This document shows positions 13,261-23,900 of a stretch of 64,000 nucleotides of DNA, in pieces (positions within the stretch are counted from its first letter, which is position 1; each line of letters begins with the position of its first letter). Under the pieces are notes generated by a model. That model worked only from the letters and a program-made list of their open reading frames with translations. It had not been told where the DNA came from and ran no database searches. Source of the DNA: Bilabrum cf. latius (lineage: Eukaryota); assembly GCA_965178125.1 (NCBI GenBank), contig OZ237747.1:62001-126000 (forward strand), read 5' to 3'. The position numbers were made by a program, and so were the translations under genes.

Positions 13261-13491
13261 ATGCCGGGTCACCAGCGGCAGGCATAGTCTCCGGAGGTAG
13301 CGGCAGTACTAGTGCACAGTCGTAGGTGGGTTGGCCGGTTTGGAGATGCCAGAGGGACCCTCACCAACTCTTGGAGACAAGAGGAAACTATCGGCAAGGA
13401 CACCACCTGCATAAGGAAGAGATTACTGGCAGTAGGGTGATCTGCGTCCTTGCTCTCCTTATCAGGCTGCGGTAAGTTGTTGTACACCTGC

Positions 13492-13844
13492 CCCTGCTGG
13501 TCGTTGCCGTGTTGACTGCACTCCCGCCCCCCACTACCGTAGCATGCCGAGTGGCACCGTCTCGCTGTACCATGCCTTGTATACGCAGGACTGGATGGAG
13601 TGTGCGGTGCATATGCGTCCTATGGCAGTCTGTGTCCTTGCTCCACTTCTCGGGCTGCGGTGAGTTCAAGTGGGATATTGCTATGGCTGCCTCATTGGGT
13701 GTCGATGTTCAGTGGGCCTGCGCCCTGCTGGTCGTTGCCGTGTTGACTGCACTCCCGCCCCCCACTACCGAAGCATGCCGAGTGGCACCGTCTCGCTGTA
13801 CCATGCCTTGTATACGCAGGACTGGATGGAGTGTGCGGTGCATA
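13492..13844 (+). repeat. 122-bp direct repeat (13492-13613 and 13723-13844)
   Basis: ccctgctggtcgttgccgtgttgactgcac...ggagtgtgcggtgcata occurs twice, 231 bp apart, with one mismatch. Confidence 0.9.
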
Positions 13845-14524
13845 GCGGCTGTGCATGCGCTATGAGGCAGGCTTGTACCGCTGCCGTTTCTCTAAGGCCA
13901 ACGATTCACCGCTGGCTTGGGATTAAGACATTCGTTGTGCAATATTTGGCACCATTTGTCATGGTTTTCGAATTGATTCTGTAACTTGTGGTGACCACTC
14001 GGCGGCCTGGTGCGTGCTGGAAAGCATCGCGGACTCCAACCAGACCACGGACTGGGTGGGTCTGACTCGGCCGCAGTAGAGCGAGATCTGAGCGACGTTC
14101 TCGCGGCAGGGTCAGGGGGGGGTGAGCTGACTTAGGAGGGGCTGCTACTTGTAGGCGATGGCTCCGAGGCTCGCCTCTGCAGATGGGCGACCTCCTGCGG
14201 TCTTCCACTAGGCTCCGCATCCCCTGGGCCGTGGCATGGAGGCGGGTGCTTAGAGGGTCGGCCAGTCCACCGTAGGCTCGGGCTCTGGCTCGTCGAATAC
14301 TCCGAAGACGAGGTCTGTAGAAGGGTCGAGTTGAACTGACCTCTGCTTATGACTTGAATGGCAAGCTTTGCTGCCACATCTTGCGAAGTACTACTGTACT
14401 ACCAATCAGTGGTCCATCGCGTGATACCGAAGTGAATATATTGTAAGTAAAAGAAATATACAACCTACTAGTACCCGATAAGCAAAAGCAGCAAGATTCA
14501 ATGCCAAGTTTATCCCCCTACCTG

Positions 14525-14646
14525 TGCCCAGGCGTGGGTAACTCATTCCACGCTTGGGCCATCGACCATGTGCCCAAGCGTGACCCCACGCTTGGGCACC
14601 GGGGGAGGTGCCCAAGCGTGGGACCCCCCCCTCCCACGCTTGGGCA
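14525..14646. repeat. Right subterminal array of alternately oriented TGCCCA(A/G)GCGTGGG motifs
   Basis: About six copies near 14525, 14548, 14571, 14585, 14609 and 14633, alternating in orientation. Confidence 0.85.
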
Positions 14647-14659
14647 CGGGAGGGGGACG
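14607..14659 (-). repeat. Right terminal inverted repeat (53 bp)
   Basis: Reverse complement of 1728-1780. Confidence 0.95.
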
Positions 14660-14731
14660 TTGAAAAGTCATCCCCCCGCCGGGCCTGGCCTGCTCCATTC
14701 TCCCAAGCCAGGTTAAGGAAGGTCAACGCTC

Positions 14732-15589
14732 ATGGCGATTGCATTGATAACGGGAGGTGCACGTGGTTTGGGACAGCAGTTCGCAATGAGGCTGCTCGAT
14801 GCAAAGGTGGTAACAAAGGTTGCTCTTTTAGATCTACTGGACAGCGTACATACGACTTCGGCAGATTTTAACGCGAAGTACGGGCCCGGTACCGCAATGG
14901 CAGTGAAGGTAGACGTGACCAATACAGAAGCTCTGGAAGCTGCGTTTGATCAAGCTGTAGCGTTTGGAGGGTCTGGCAAACTAGACGTGGTTATCAATAA
15001 CGCCGGAATCGCAACTCCAGGGCTTTCTAAAGCTCGTCCAGCCGTTCTGATCAATTTGCTAGCGGTAATTGAAGGCACACGGCTAGCACTGGATCGAATG
15101 GACGGGCAAGGATCCATCGTTAACGTTGCCTCGTACGCAGCCTGCGTTCGGGTGCCGTTCAGTCCCGTGTATGGAGCAACAAAATCGGCCGTGCTACACT
15201 TCTCCCGCTCTCTAAAGTACAAGGCTGCGGAGGGAATCCGCGTGACGGCCCTGTGCCCTTCCTTCGCAGACACCCCGATGGTTCGCGAGAGCATGGGCAT
15301 GCCCACCACGCAGTCTGCCATGTCTGTTTCCAGCGCCGTGTCTGCCCTGGGCACGCTCATGACAGCGGAGCACGTCGCCAACGAGATGCTCCGCCTGGTG
15401 CAGGACGAGTCTCTTGCAGGCGAGGGGCTTGTGGTCACCCCGAGAGGCACGTATGTGTACGAGGCCGGGCGGAGGCCATCTGCACCTGAAGGGGCGGAGA
15501 GGAGGGGGTCTGCCACTGCCACTGCCTCTTCGGTGAAAGCAGCCGCAGTTGGTCTGAAAGGGAGTATGCACGGCTCGGCCAAGTTGTAA
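14732..15589 (+). CDS. Short-chain dehydrogenase/reductase (15-hydroxyprostaglandin dehydrogenase-like), C-terminal AKL
   Basis: ALITGGARGLG (TGxxxGxG), LDVVINNAGI, IVNVAS and YGATK (YxxxK). Ends ...GSAKL-TAA, a PTS1-like signal. Confidence 0.9.
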   Translation: MAIALITGGARGLGQQFAMRLLDAKVVTKVALLDLLDSVHTTSADFNAKYGPGTAMAVKVDVTNTEALEAAFDQAVAFGGSGKLDVVINNAGIATPGLSKARPAVLINLLAVIEGTRLALDRMDGQGSIVNVASYAACVRVPFSPVYGATKSAVLHFSRSLKYKAAEGIRVTALCPSFADTPMVRESMGMPTTQSAMSVSSAVSALGTLMTAEHVANEMLRLVQDESLAGEGLVVTPRGTYVYEAGRRPSAPEGAERRGSATATASSVKAAAVGLKGSMHGSAKL

Positions 15590-15801
15590 CTGAGTGCAGT
15601 GCTGCAATCGGTGAAATACAGAAAACCATCTTGATTGTCGTTTCGCCGCACGCGGCACCGACCTGCCCTGCTGTATACTCGCAAGCAACTCCAAACAGGA
15701 CCAGAATCATGCACATGGGCATGCGTTTAATCTGTCCGATACCTATAATTCTCACTTCGAGCCAGTCGCCCGGTCTTCCATCCTGGGTACAGTGAGTGCC
15801 C

Positions 15802-17590
15802 TCAGAGGGGCAGCTCGAAGTTCACGTCCACGTTGATCTCCTCTGCCTGACTCACGATGTTGGCCACCTTGACGGCCTTCTCGGCAGCCTCGTCCAGGTC
15901 GTCCACCATGATGACCCGCACCTCGTCCGAGGCTGCTTCCATGACCTTCTTGGCGTTGTCCACGTTGGTCCCCTGCAGCCGCACGATGAGCGGCTTCCTC
16001 AGCCCGATCGACTTGGCCGCCGCCACGATTCCCTTGGCGATCATGGACGTGTCCACGATCCCGCCAAAGATGTTCACCAGGATGGCGCGCACCTTCTCGT
16101 CCGAATTAAGGATCTTGAAGGCCGCCTGCACCTGCTTCTCGGTGGCGCCCCCGCCCACGTCCAGAAAGTTGGCCGGGTTGCCCTCGTGCAACTTGATGAT
16201 GTCCAGGGTGGCCATGGCAAGCCCTGCCCCGTTGACCATGCACCCGATGTCCCCGTCCAGCCCGATGTAGTTCAGGTCCCACTTGGCCGCCTCCACCTCC
16301 CTCGCGTCCTCCTGCGCCTCGTCCCTCTGCGCGAAAATGTCCGACTGGCGGAACTCGGCGTTGTCATCGAAATTGATCTTGGCATCGCACACAAACACGC
16401 CGCCCTCGGGCGTCTCAGCGAGCGGGTTCACCTCCACCAGAGTTGCGTCTGTGCTAAGGAACATCTTGTAGAGCGACTTGGTCGTGGACTCGATCTTGGC
16501 CTTGCCATCCTCGCTATCGAAGCCCAGAAAGTGAGCCAGCTCGTCGATCTGAGCGTCCGTGGGACCCGCCTCCATGTTGACCACGGGCACCTTCATGATC
16601 GCCTCCGGGGTCTGCTCCGCCACGTCCTCGATCGAGGTGCCGCCCTTGTACGACGCCACGATCACGGGGCCGCCCGTGCCTCGGTCCATGAGCAAACTCA
16701 AGTACAGTTCCCTGCGCATGTATAACCTCTCCATCAAGAAAACCCTGTCCACGGGGCGCCCCTCTGCCCCCGTCTGCTTGGTCACCAGCTGCTGCTGCAG
16801 CATCTTGCCGGCCAGGTCTTTCGCCTGCGCCGGGCGCGTGCAGATGTGCACACCGCCCTAGAACCCGTTCGTGAACGTACCCAAGCCCCTGCCACCTGCC
16901 AGAACCTATGCCTTGATTACAACGTCGGCTGAATCTGCGATGCACTAGCAAAGGCGCGAAGCGATCCGCAATGCTGACCAATGGCTCAAATCGGGAAGCA
17001 ATCGGACAGCGAGCTAAAGCATCAAGTCCGCAGCTATGGCATGAGTTGCGGCCAATCAAGGGCATCGACGCGTCTGTACATATGCTTTGCTTTGGGCGAT
17101 GCAGCAATAGCCACAACGATGCGCTGAGGTGTGTCGGAATTCCCCAGCACACCGCCAGCGCACCGCAAGCTTTCAAGTCTCACTGCCTCCACCGCTGATC
17201 TCATGATACGCTGCTTCCGCCTCTTCTGCTGTTGAAGCCACAGCACTACGCGGGACAGGCACACCGTACTGCTTCATGATCTCCATGGACTGGTATTCGT
17301 GCAGATTCAAGTACCTTCGCTGGGCACCTGCCCTGAGTCGCGGAGCCTGCGGGTCAAGAAATCGGAATGAGTGTCTCAGAAAGCAAACAATAGCAAATGG
17401 AAGTCGATTATTCCTATCAGATCCATTGCAGTCGGCCAGGGGCGCGGGCGCTAATGGCATATAGTGCAACTATTCGCCGGTACCGGCTGCACCTTGCCCT
17501 GGGGCATAGCTTGAGGTGACTGAACGTGATTCTCACCAGGGCTGCGTTACGAGCAGGCCTTAGGAAGTGTCTCAAACGCCCAAGAGCCAT
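15802..17590 (-). CDS. Mitochondrial succinyl-CoA ligase beta subunit (exons 17590-17537, 17346-17184, 16934-15802)
   Basis: RRYLNLHEYQS, VVIKA*VLAGGRGLG, GCMVNGAGLAMATLDII, NPANFLDVGGGA and ILVNIFGGI motifs. Two GTGAGA...GCAG introns in compatible phase. In-frame TAGs at 16906-16908 and 16858-16860. Ends at TGA. ADP- versus GDP-forming isoform not resolved. Confidence 0.95.
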
Positions 17591-17731
17591 GATTTGCTCT
17601 GTGCGGCTGTGTTTTGGCTGGATGTTGCAACTCTGCGGGAATTACGAAAATCGTGGCCAAGTGCACGTTACATCACCAACGGTACTGATCTCTTTCGTGA
17701 GGCCACCGAGCGTGTAAGACTCGTTTCAGAG

Positions 17732-18172
17732 ATGTCAGCAGCTGCTAAATAGCCATCGATAGCAGTTGGATCTGCAGACCCTGCAGCTGAAGAGGATAAG
17801 CCATTGGTGCCTGTGTTTTTGTCAGGAAATATGCCGTCAGAGTTGAGACCGAAAGTATACGAGAAAGCAATGGAAGCATTGAAGGAGAAAGAAGCCGAGA
17901 AAGATGTTGCTACAATAATTAAGAAGTCGTGCGAGGAAGAGTTCAAGGGGATGTGGCACTGCATCGTAGGAGTCGAGTACGGCGCATCGCTCTCAACCGA
18001 AACTGGCTTTGTCCTTTTCTTCCGCGTTGGATTGCAGAATATCCTCGTATTTCGAACTCTTGATGATGAAAAATACGCTAGAGATCTACCCGAAGAGGAG
18101 GAAGACGATGAGGAGGACAGTGAAGCCGGGGACGACGAAGACGGTGCTGGCGAATCGAAAGGCGAGGACTGA
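17732..18172 (+). CDS. Dynein light chain type 1 (LC8 family) with acidic tail
   Basis: EKDVATIIKKSCEEEFKGMWHCIVGVEYG. ATG 17732 with an in-frame TAG at 17750-17752. Ends at TGA. Confidence 0.8.
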
Positions 18173-18359
18173 CTGAGCCGAATGTTTACTTTATTGATAC
18201 GAAATTGTACTAGGATCAGGCATGGATCTTAAGCAGCTCTACCAATCGGCAGGCTCATCAAACATCACGCGAAGGCAGCCGCGGAGCTGGATAACAAAGG
18301 TCGCGCTGGATGGATACGAAGCTGCCGCGGCACCTGCTCCGCCCCACCTTGCCTCGGAC

Positions 18360-19223
18360 TCACCTCCGAGGCATTCCACCACCAGATCGAGGTGCGAACC
18401 CCCGTTCTGCCCGCAGGCCAGACCTCGGAGACACGGCGGTCCCAGGCTCAGAGCGGCCAGCACTGGCAGTGGCACCTCCCGGCCGTCCGCGGCCCCTGCT
18501 GCCCCGCCCCCGCCCCCGGCCCGCTCCTCCTGCCGCGCGAGTCCGAACTGAGCCACCACGTGCAGGCGATCCGGGCCCAGCAGTGGATGCCACTGTGGAG
18601 GAGTCTTCGCTCGCGGCCAGCCTCAGCTCCGGCGGGACGTGGCCGTCAATCAGCACGCTTGCTCTGCGTAACACCCTGTGCAAACCCCCCGAAAGCATAA
18701 CTGTAGTTTCGAACCCTCTGTACAGTAGAGCTGTCGTGCAATATGGTGCTTCCTCTTCGTTTGCATCGTACAAGACCACGAGCGGCGTGCCAGCCGCTGC
18801 TGATCCCCGAAGCTTCTTGTACAATGCGGCAGGTACTCGATCTCCGCGAATTTTCGATGCCGGCAGATTCACAGCGTCCATGAGGCGGCATCGAGCAAAC
18901 TCTTCCTCTGGTCTACAGTCCACTAGAACGATGCCGTTGCTAGCAGCTTCAAATGAACTTGCCGGAGGAGCGTCCTCGGATGCACCAGCTTTGGCATGGA
19001 CCATCAATCTGTACAGTTCTCGCAGAGACATTCTGTCGAATTCTTCGAGCCGACGCTGCAATATCTCCTTTTCAGTCGGAGGCGGCCTTCGTCTTTTGCT
19101 CGCACTCTTTCCTGTGTCCAATGACGATTTCACGTGAGCAAACCGCCCAGGTTTGCCAGGCAACGATTCTGTTGCCTTTGCTGCTGGCTTCTTAATCTTA
19201 TCTCTACCGAACGCGCATGCCAT
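18360..19223 (-). CDS. CEP41: CEP41-like rhodanese-domain protein
   Basis: FAHVKSSLDTGKS resembles the CEP41 N-terminal motif. Rhodanese fold motifs IVLVDCR..EEFARCRL, VVLYDANEE, and RGFETTVMLSGGL. Ends at TGA. Confidence 0.7.
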   Translation of the reverse strand: MACAFGRDKIKKPAAKATESLPGKPGRFAHVKSSLDTGKSASKRRRPPPTEKEILQRRLEEFDRMSLRELYRLMVHAKAGASEDAPPASSFEAASNGIVLVDCRPEEEFARCRLMDAVNLPASKIRGDRVPAALYKKLRGSAAAGTPLVVLYDANEEEAPYCTTALLYRGFETTVMLSGGLHRVLRRASVLIDGHVPPELRLAASEDSSTVASTAGPGSPARGGSVRTRAAGGAGRGRGRGSRGRGRPGGATASAGRSEPGTAVSPRSGLRAERGFAPRSGGGMPRR

Positions 19224-19339
19224 GACCGCCCCAAGCCTAGAAATATACTTTCCAACGTCTTTCTGCAGTGCGGGGGTTCCGGCTTTCGCAAATGCACAAC
19301 TTGAAGTCACGAGCCGATTGTGCGTACGTGTGTCGTAGC

Positions 19340-20584
19340 ATGGAGCAAACAGCCTGGCAAGCAGCTCAAAAGGCCGCCAGGTTCGACGCCGGCAGAAGGT
19401 ACCGCGACGATACCGCACCAAGCACAGTATTCGATTTGAAAAAGGCTGCAACTTTGCAGACATCAGCTGGCAGATCACAGGCGCCGCTGCATCCATAGCA
19501 AGTTGAACCTGGGATTGAGCTTGACTGGGCGGGTAATGTTGTTCGGCGACCGCTGAGGCAGCGCCCGCAGGACAGCACGGGCGGAGTAGCCGGCGCGCTC
19601 GGCTACGGCCAGACGCTGGGCAAGGGTTTGGTTCCGCAGCGCGATACTCACAGACACCAGAGTCGAAGACTTTTTGCCGACAGAGATTTGCGACAGCATT
19701 CGTACGGTGGGGGCGGTAAAGCGGCCGCAAAGTCCAGCTTGCCAGCAAGTCCCGGCAGCGCTGCGCTTGCGAAGGCGGTTGCACAGAGCGGGCCTGGGGC
19801 TCACAACTCAAAGCACTGGGTGTCGAGCACACAAGCGATGCTGGAGGGCAAGCGCCACGACGAGCTTGGCTTGGAGCCTCGGCGGGGTCGCGGCCGTCTC
19901 AACCCGACCGGGGATGGTGCTCGCTCGTCATCAGCCGCGCCCCAGTCCTCCGTGGACCGCATGATGATGATGCGCAGGCAGAGAGAGGGCGGCAGCATGG
20001 GGGTGATCGCTCCCCAGGAGGAGGACCTGATGGCTCGTAGTCGTCGCCAGCAGCGAGGTGCACGTGCAGGTTCAGGCGCAGTCGCAGGCGCGCCCGGCCT
20101 CGGGCTGCTGCCACGCTCCACCTCGCCTCTGGGACTCCCTGGGAGCAGGGCACTGCCCGGGGCGGGCACTTCGGCCAGCAGGGTGGGCATGGCCGGCGCC
20201 CAATTGCTGGGCACAGGCCGCGTGGCAGCCCACCGAGATGGGCTGCTGCTGTCCGTGGCAGAGGCGGTGGCCCGTGCCCCCGAGGTGGAGAGGGTGCGTC
20301 CCCCTGGCGGGGTGGGCATGCTGGAGAGTGCGGCGGGGAGGATGGCGCGCAGGGGGGACCTTGATCTTGGAGCAGATGCGGGCAGCAGCGCGCAGAGAAG
20401 CTAGACTGTCAGTGGACCCGGGCCTCGGGCCCAGGGTGTGGGCACCACTGCCACGGTGGGAGGGCGAGGCAGCAAGGACTCTTCTGCTTCAAAACCTCCG
20501 CCACCCCTTGCTGGCTACACGGGAGGCCTGAGAGAAGGGCCAAGGCGACTCGGCATGCACGAGTACTTCTACCGCGGAAGGTGA
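19340..20584 (+). CDS. Hypothetical low-complexity protein (~414 aa)
   Basis: ATG 19340, in-frame TAGs at 19496-19498 and 20402-20404, ends ...MHEYFYRGR-TGA. Divergent from the CEP41-like gene. Confidence 0.55.
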
Positions 20585-20906
20585 TGGAGGCGGGATGATC
20601 CAGATGGTGCTTGAAGCCCAACGGAACTTACGAACAACTGATCCAGGCTCTTCTCAGTCCCGCCAAGTGGCATGACCTCGAGCTGACGTGTGGCCCAGAT
20701 TTAACAAAATGTAGTATTGCCCAGACCGCGGGATCATGCGCAATCCGAGCCCAGTCAGTCCATCCTTCTGGATCATCCAAGCCCAATCAGTAGCTATAAA
20801 CAGTCGATTCATTCAGATCCAATCCATGATGCAACCCACGTGAGCGGCATCGAATGCTCTCACGCACTCCGAGCGAGCCCGCGCAAGCATGCAGCGCGCC
20901 CCCTCG

Positions 20907-23900
20907 TCACTTCTGCTGCATGCGGTAGTCCAGTCCCTGGTTGCCCGCGTCCTGCACGTCTGCGGCCCCGTACGAGAACTCGCGCCAGAGGGCCTCCTCC
21001 TCCGGCCGGAAGGTGTCTCGGTGCCCTGCCACCATGGGCACAGAGGCGTGCAGGAACGGCCCCAGGGCGTTCCTGCGGCTGCGGCCCACGCTCTTGGCCG
21101 GGTCGTTGAAAATGCTACCCCTGGAAGCGGCTCGGTACAGGTACCCCACCTCTGGCAGCAGCAGGATCCCCTTGCCCGCGTTCTTGAGCTTGGAGAACAG
21201 GTTGTAGTCCTGGTAGGCCACCCCCTAGGCCACCTGGGTGTACCCCCCCACATCCCGGAATGCGTCGGCGCGGTGCAGCGCAGACCCCGCCCCGAAGGTG
21301 TTGACGAACATGCTCAGCGGACCCACGTCCCCGAAGGGACACCACTGCCCGTGCTTCGCCTCTTCCTGCACCTCCACCGCGGTCGGGTCTGGGTTCCGGA
21401 ACGTCTCCACCCAGGTGGTCACGACGTCAGCGCCCTCCCTGTACATGGCCGCGACCATCTTCTCGATCGTGTGAGGGAGCAGGTAGTCGTCGTTGTCGAA
21501 GAAGTACAGCAGCTCACCAGTGGCCCTGGAGGCGGCGAAGTTGCGCGCCCCCGACGCGCCCAGGTGGTTCCTCTCGAGCAGCATGCCGCCCCCCGGCTTG
21601 ATCAGCCGACGCACCTCTGCAAAGGTCGTGCGCTCCTCCTCGCTAGACCCATCGTCCACCACGATGATCTGCAGGTGCTTGTACGTGGAGTCAAGCACAG
21701 ACCGCACTGTGGCCAGCAGCTCCTCGCCCCGGTTGTAGTTGGGGATGCAAACTGAGACCAGGGGCCTCGTTTGTTGAGGGAGTTTCAGCGGGGCCACGTG
21801 CATCTCCGAGTCCCGCCCGAACACTGCGATCGCTGACAGCCGCCGGTACATGGCACGGATCGCCTCCCTGCGCCGAAGTAGCGCGCTGGCATCGGGTACG
21901 CTGGCGCCCACCGGGCACTCCTCGCCCCCGTCCTCCACGAGCGCGCGAGCCATGTCACCGATGTCGTCGTCGCGGTAGGTAGAGCAGCTCGAACCATCCA
22001 TCAGATGCGCATACCGGGCGGGTGCCAGCACTGCAATGCCCCACTGGCTCGCCCTCGCCACCAGGCTGGCCTCGGTGCGACTGGCGGGCGCCAGCACCAC
22101 GGTCGCGTCCTGCGGCACCGTCTGCAGGACCTCCTCCATGGACAGCTCGGAGGTGTCGAAGCTGCGGAAGGCGTCCTTGCTGTTCCCGTCCATGGCCCCG
22201 GGAGGCTGCGCGTCCAGCCCGCTAGTGCGCTGCCTCTCTCTCACCTGCTCGCGGATCGCCTCCACGACGCCATCGTCGAAGGCACGGCGCAGCCTGCGGC
22301 CGTAGAACCACACGTTGCTGATCACGCGCCCAACCGGAGAAGCCCTTGTCGACTGCCCGTCACTCCCGCTGGCAGACAGCAGCTGCAGCTCACTCTCCTG
22401 CTCCTGCTGCGAGCGAGCGGCACCGACGGCGTGCAGCAGCTGCTGCAGCATCACCTCCGTGGTGGACTCGGTCTCAACCACAACCAGGGTGCGCTCTGCA
22501 GCGGACCCAGCGGCGGGCGGCCGAGACGCCGTGACATCTCTCGCCCCAGGCATGGGCGGCGGCATGATCGCGATGCGCCTGGCCCTCACGTTCACCCGGA
22601 TGTCTTGCACGCGGTCTTCCGGCGTGGGGTACACGATCACGTCAGCCATCTGCTTGGTGGAGTGCTCGGCCACTGTGGCGAACATGTATGCGCTCGAGTC
22701 CAGGAAGCGGCCCTGCTCGCGGTGCCTGTCGCGCACCGAGCTCGTGGCCAGCGCCACGAAGGCAGTCCGCAGGAACTGCAGGCCCAGCACTCGCCGCCGG
22801 AGGGCCAGCTCGGGTACGGGAAAGTGGCCGTCAAAGAATACCACCTCGTAGTGGTTCTCGCGGGCCTGCAGCCACGCCAAAAACGCATGCATCGCAGTGT
22901 GCAGGTCGGTCTTCGGGGAGGGGCTGCGGCCGGGCACGGAGGCGGGCTGCTCGAACACCCGAATGCCCAGCCGGCCCGCGTGCTCCACGATCTTGCGCAG
23001 GTCTCCGCGCGGGATCCTCGGCGTGTTGGCGAGCAGCAAGTCCACAGGGCCCGCATCAGCCAGCACGTGCGCCACTGCGAAGGGCTCCGAGTCTAGTATC
23101 CCCTGCGAGGACTGCCTCCTGCCGGACGTGACCACGAGCTGCCTCGAGCCGTGGATGGCCTCGTCGTCGACAGCCAGGAGCGCCGCAATCTCGAACACCT
23201 CGATGGGCTCCTTTGAGCCCTTGATAAACCGGATGCGCACACCAGCTGTCCACTGCGGGCCACTGGAAAACATTAGCCGGAACATTTGCACATCCTCGGG
23301 CATCTGGTCAGCACCGGCCATTGCGTGCAGCCGGCTCTTGGGAGCCTCTGCCTCCTGCTTCACGTTGACCCGGGATACCCGCCAATTCAGCCTCTTCCAG
23401 TGATTTTCCTAGTCCTGCATCTCCAAGATGTGGTCGTTGGGGTGCAGCAGCTCTCCTCGAAGGCCCACCAGCAGACCACGCACGAAAGAGTGGTGCACCA
23501 GGCCAAGCCCGAACCAGGCCTGTCTGGGGATGCGGGTGCCGGGCTTCCACGCAGATCTGAGGTCCCCATCCACCGCGGCCGCGAATTGAACGGATGGCTT
23601 GCGCACGGCCCACCCTTGTGGAAACATAGCACGCGCCTGCGCATTATTTGCTGCAGGCTGCCCCTTCGAATTGCTTGTATCCCCATCGCCCTCTCGCTTC
23701 TACTGCCTCCCGTCCACTTGAGCATCCATGGAGCTGAGAAACATGCAATCGTCACTCTGACAAATCGCTTTTTCGGGGAGAAGCATCCAATCTCGCGTCG
23801 CGAATACATGTGGAATTCCACAGTCGAACGGCGCACTGCCCAGCACCTTGAGCGGGGGCAGGGCAGACCCGTCCGGGGCACGGGGCGCCTCTTCCAACAC

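Larger units (their letters stand above)
1728..14659. mobile_element. ~12.9-kb class II DNA transposon, CMC (CACTA/EnSpm)-Plavaka-like
   Basis: Perfect 53-bp TIRs at 1728-1780 and 14607-14659, with TT on both flanks (ggaaTT|cgtccccc ... gggggacg|TTgaaa). Subterminal TGCCCAAGCGTGGG arrays at both ends, an internal DDE transposase ORF, and visibly lower GC than host gene bodies. Confidence 0.85.

Noticed and set aside
12925-13300. ORFs containing long X runs
   Set aside because: Artefacts of the 200-N assembly gap.
16858-16908. TAG as Glu, Leu or pyrrolysine
   Set aside because: The most diagnostic site aligns to the Gln of KAQVLAGGRG. TAGs are also too frequent and context-free for programmed pyrrolysine insertion. 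A genome-wide tally is still needed.
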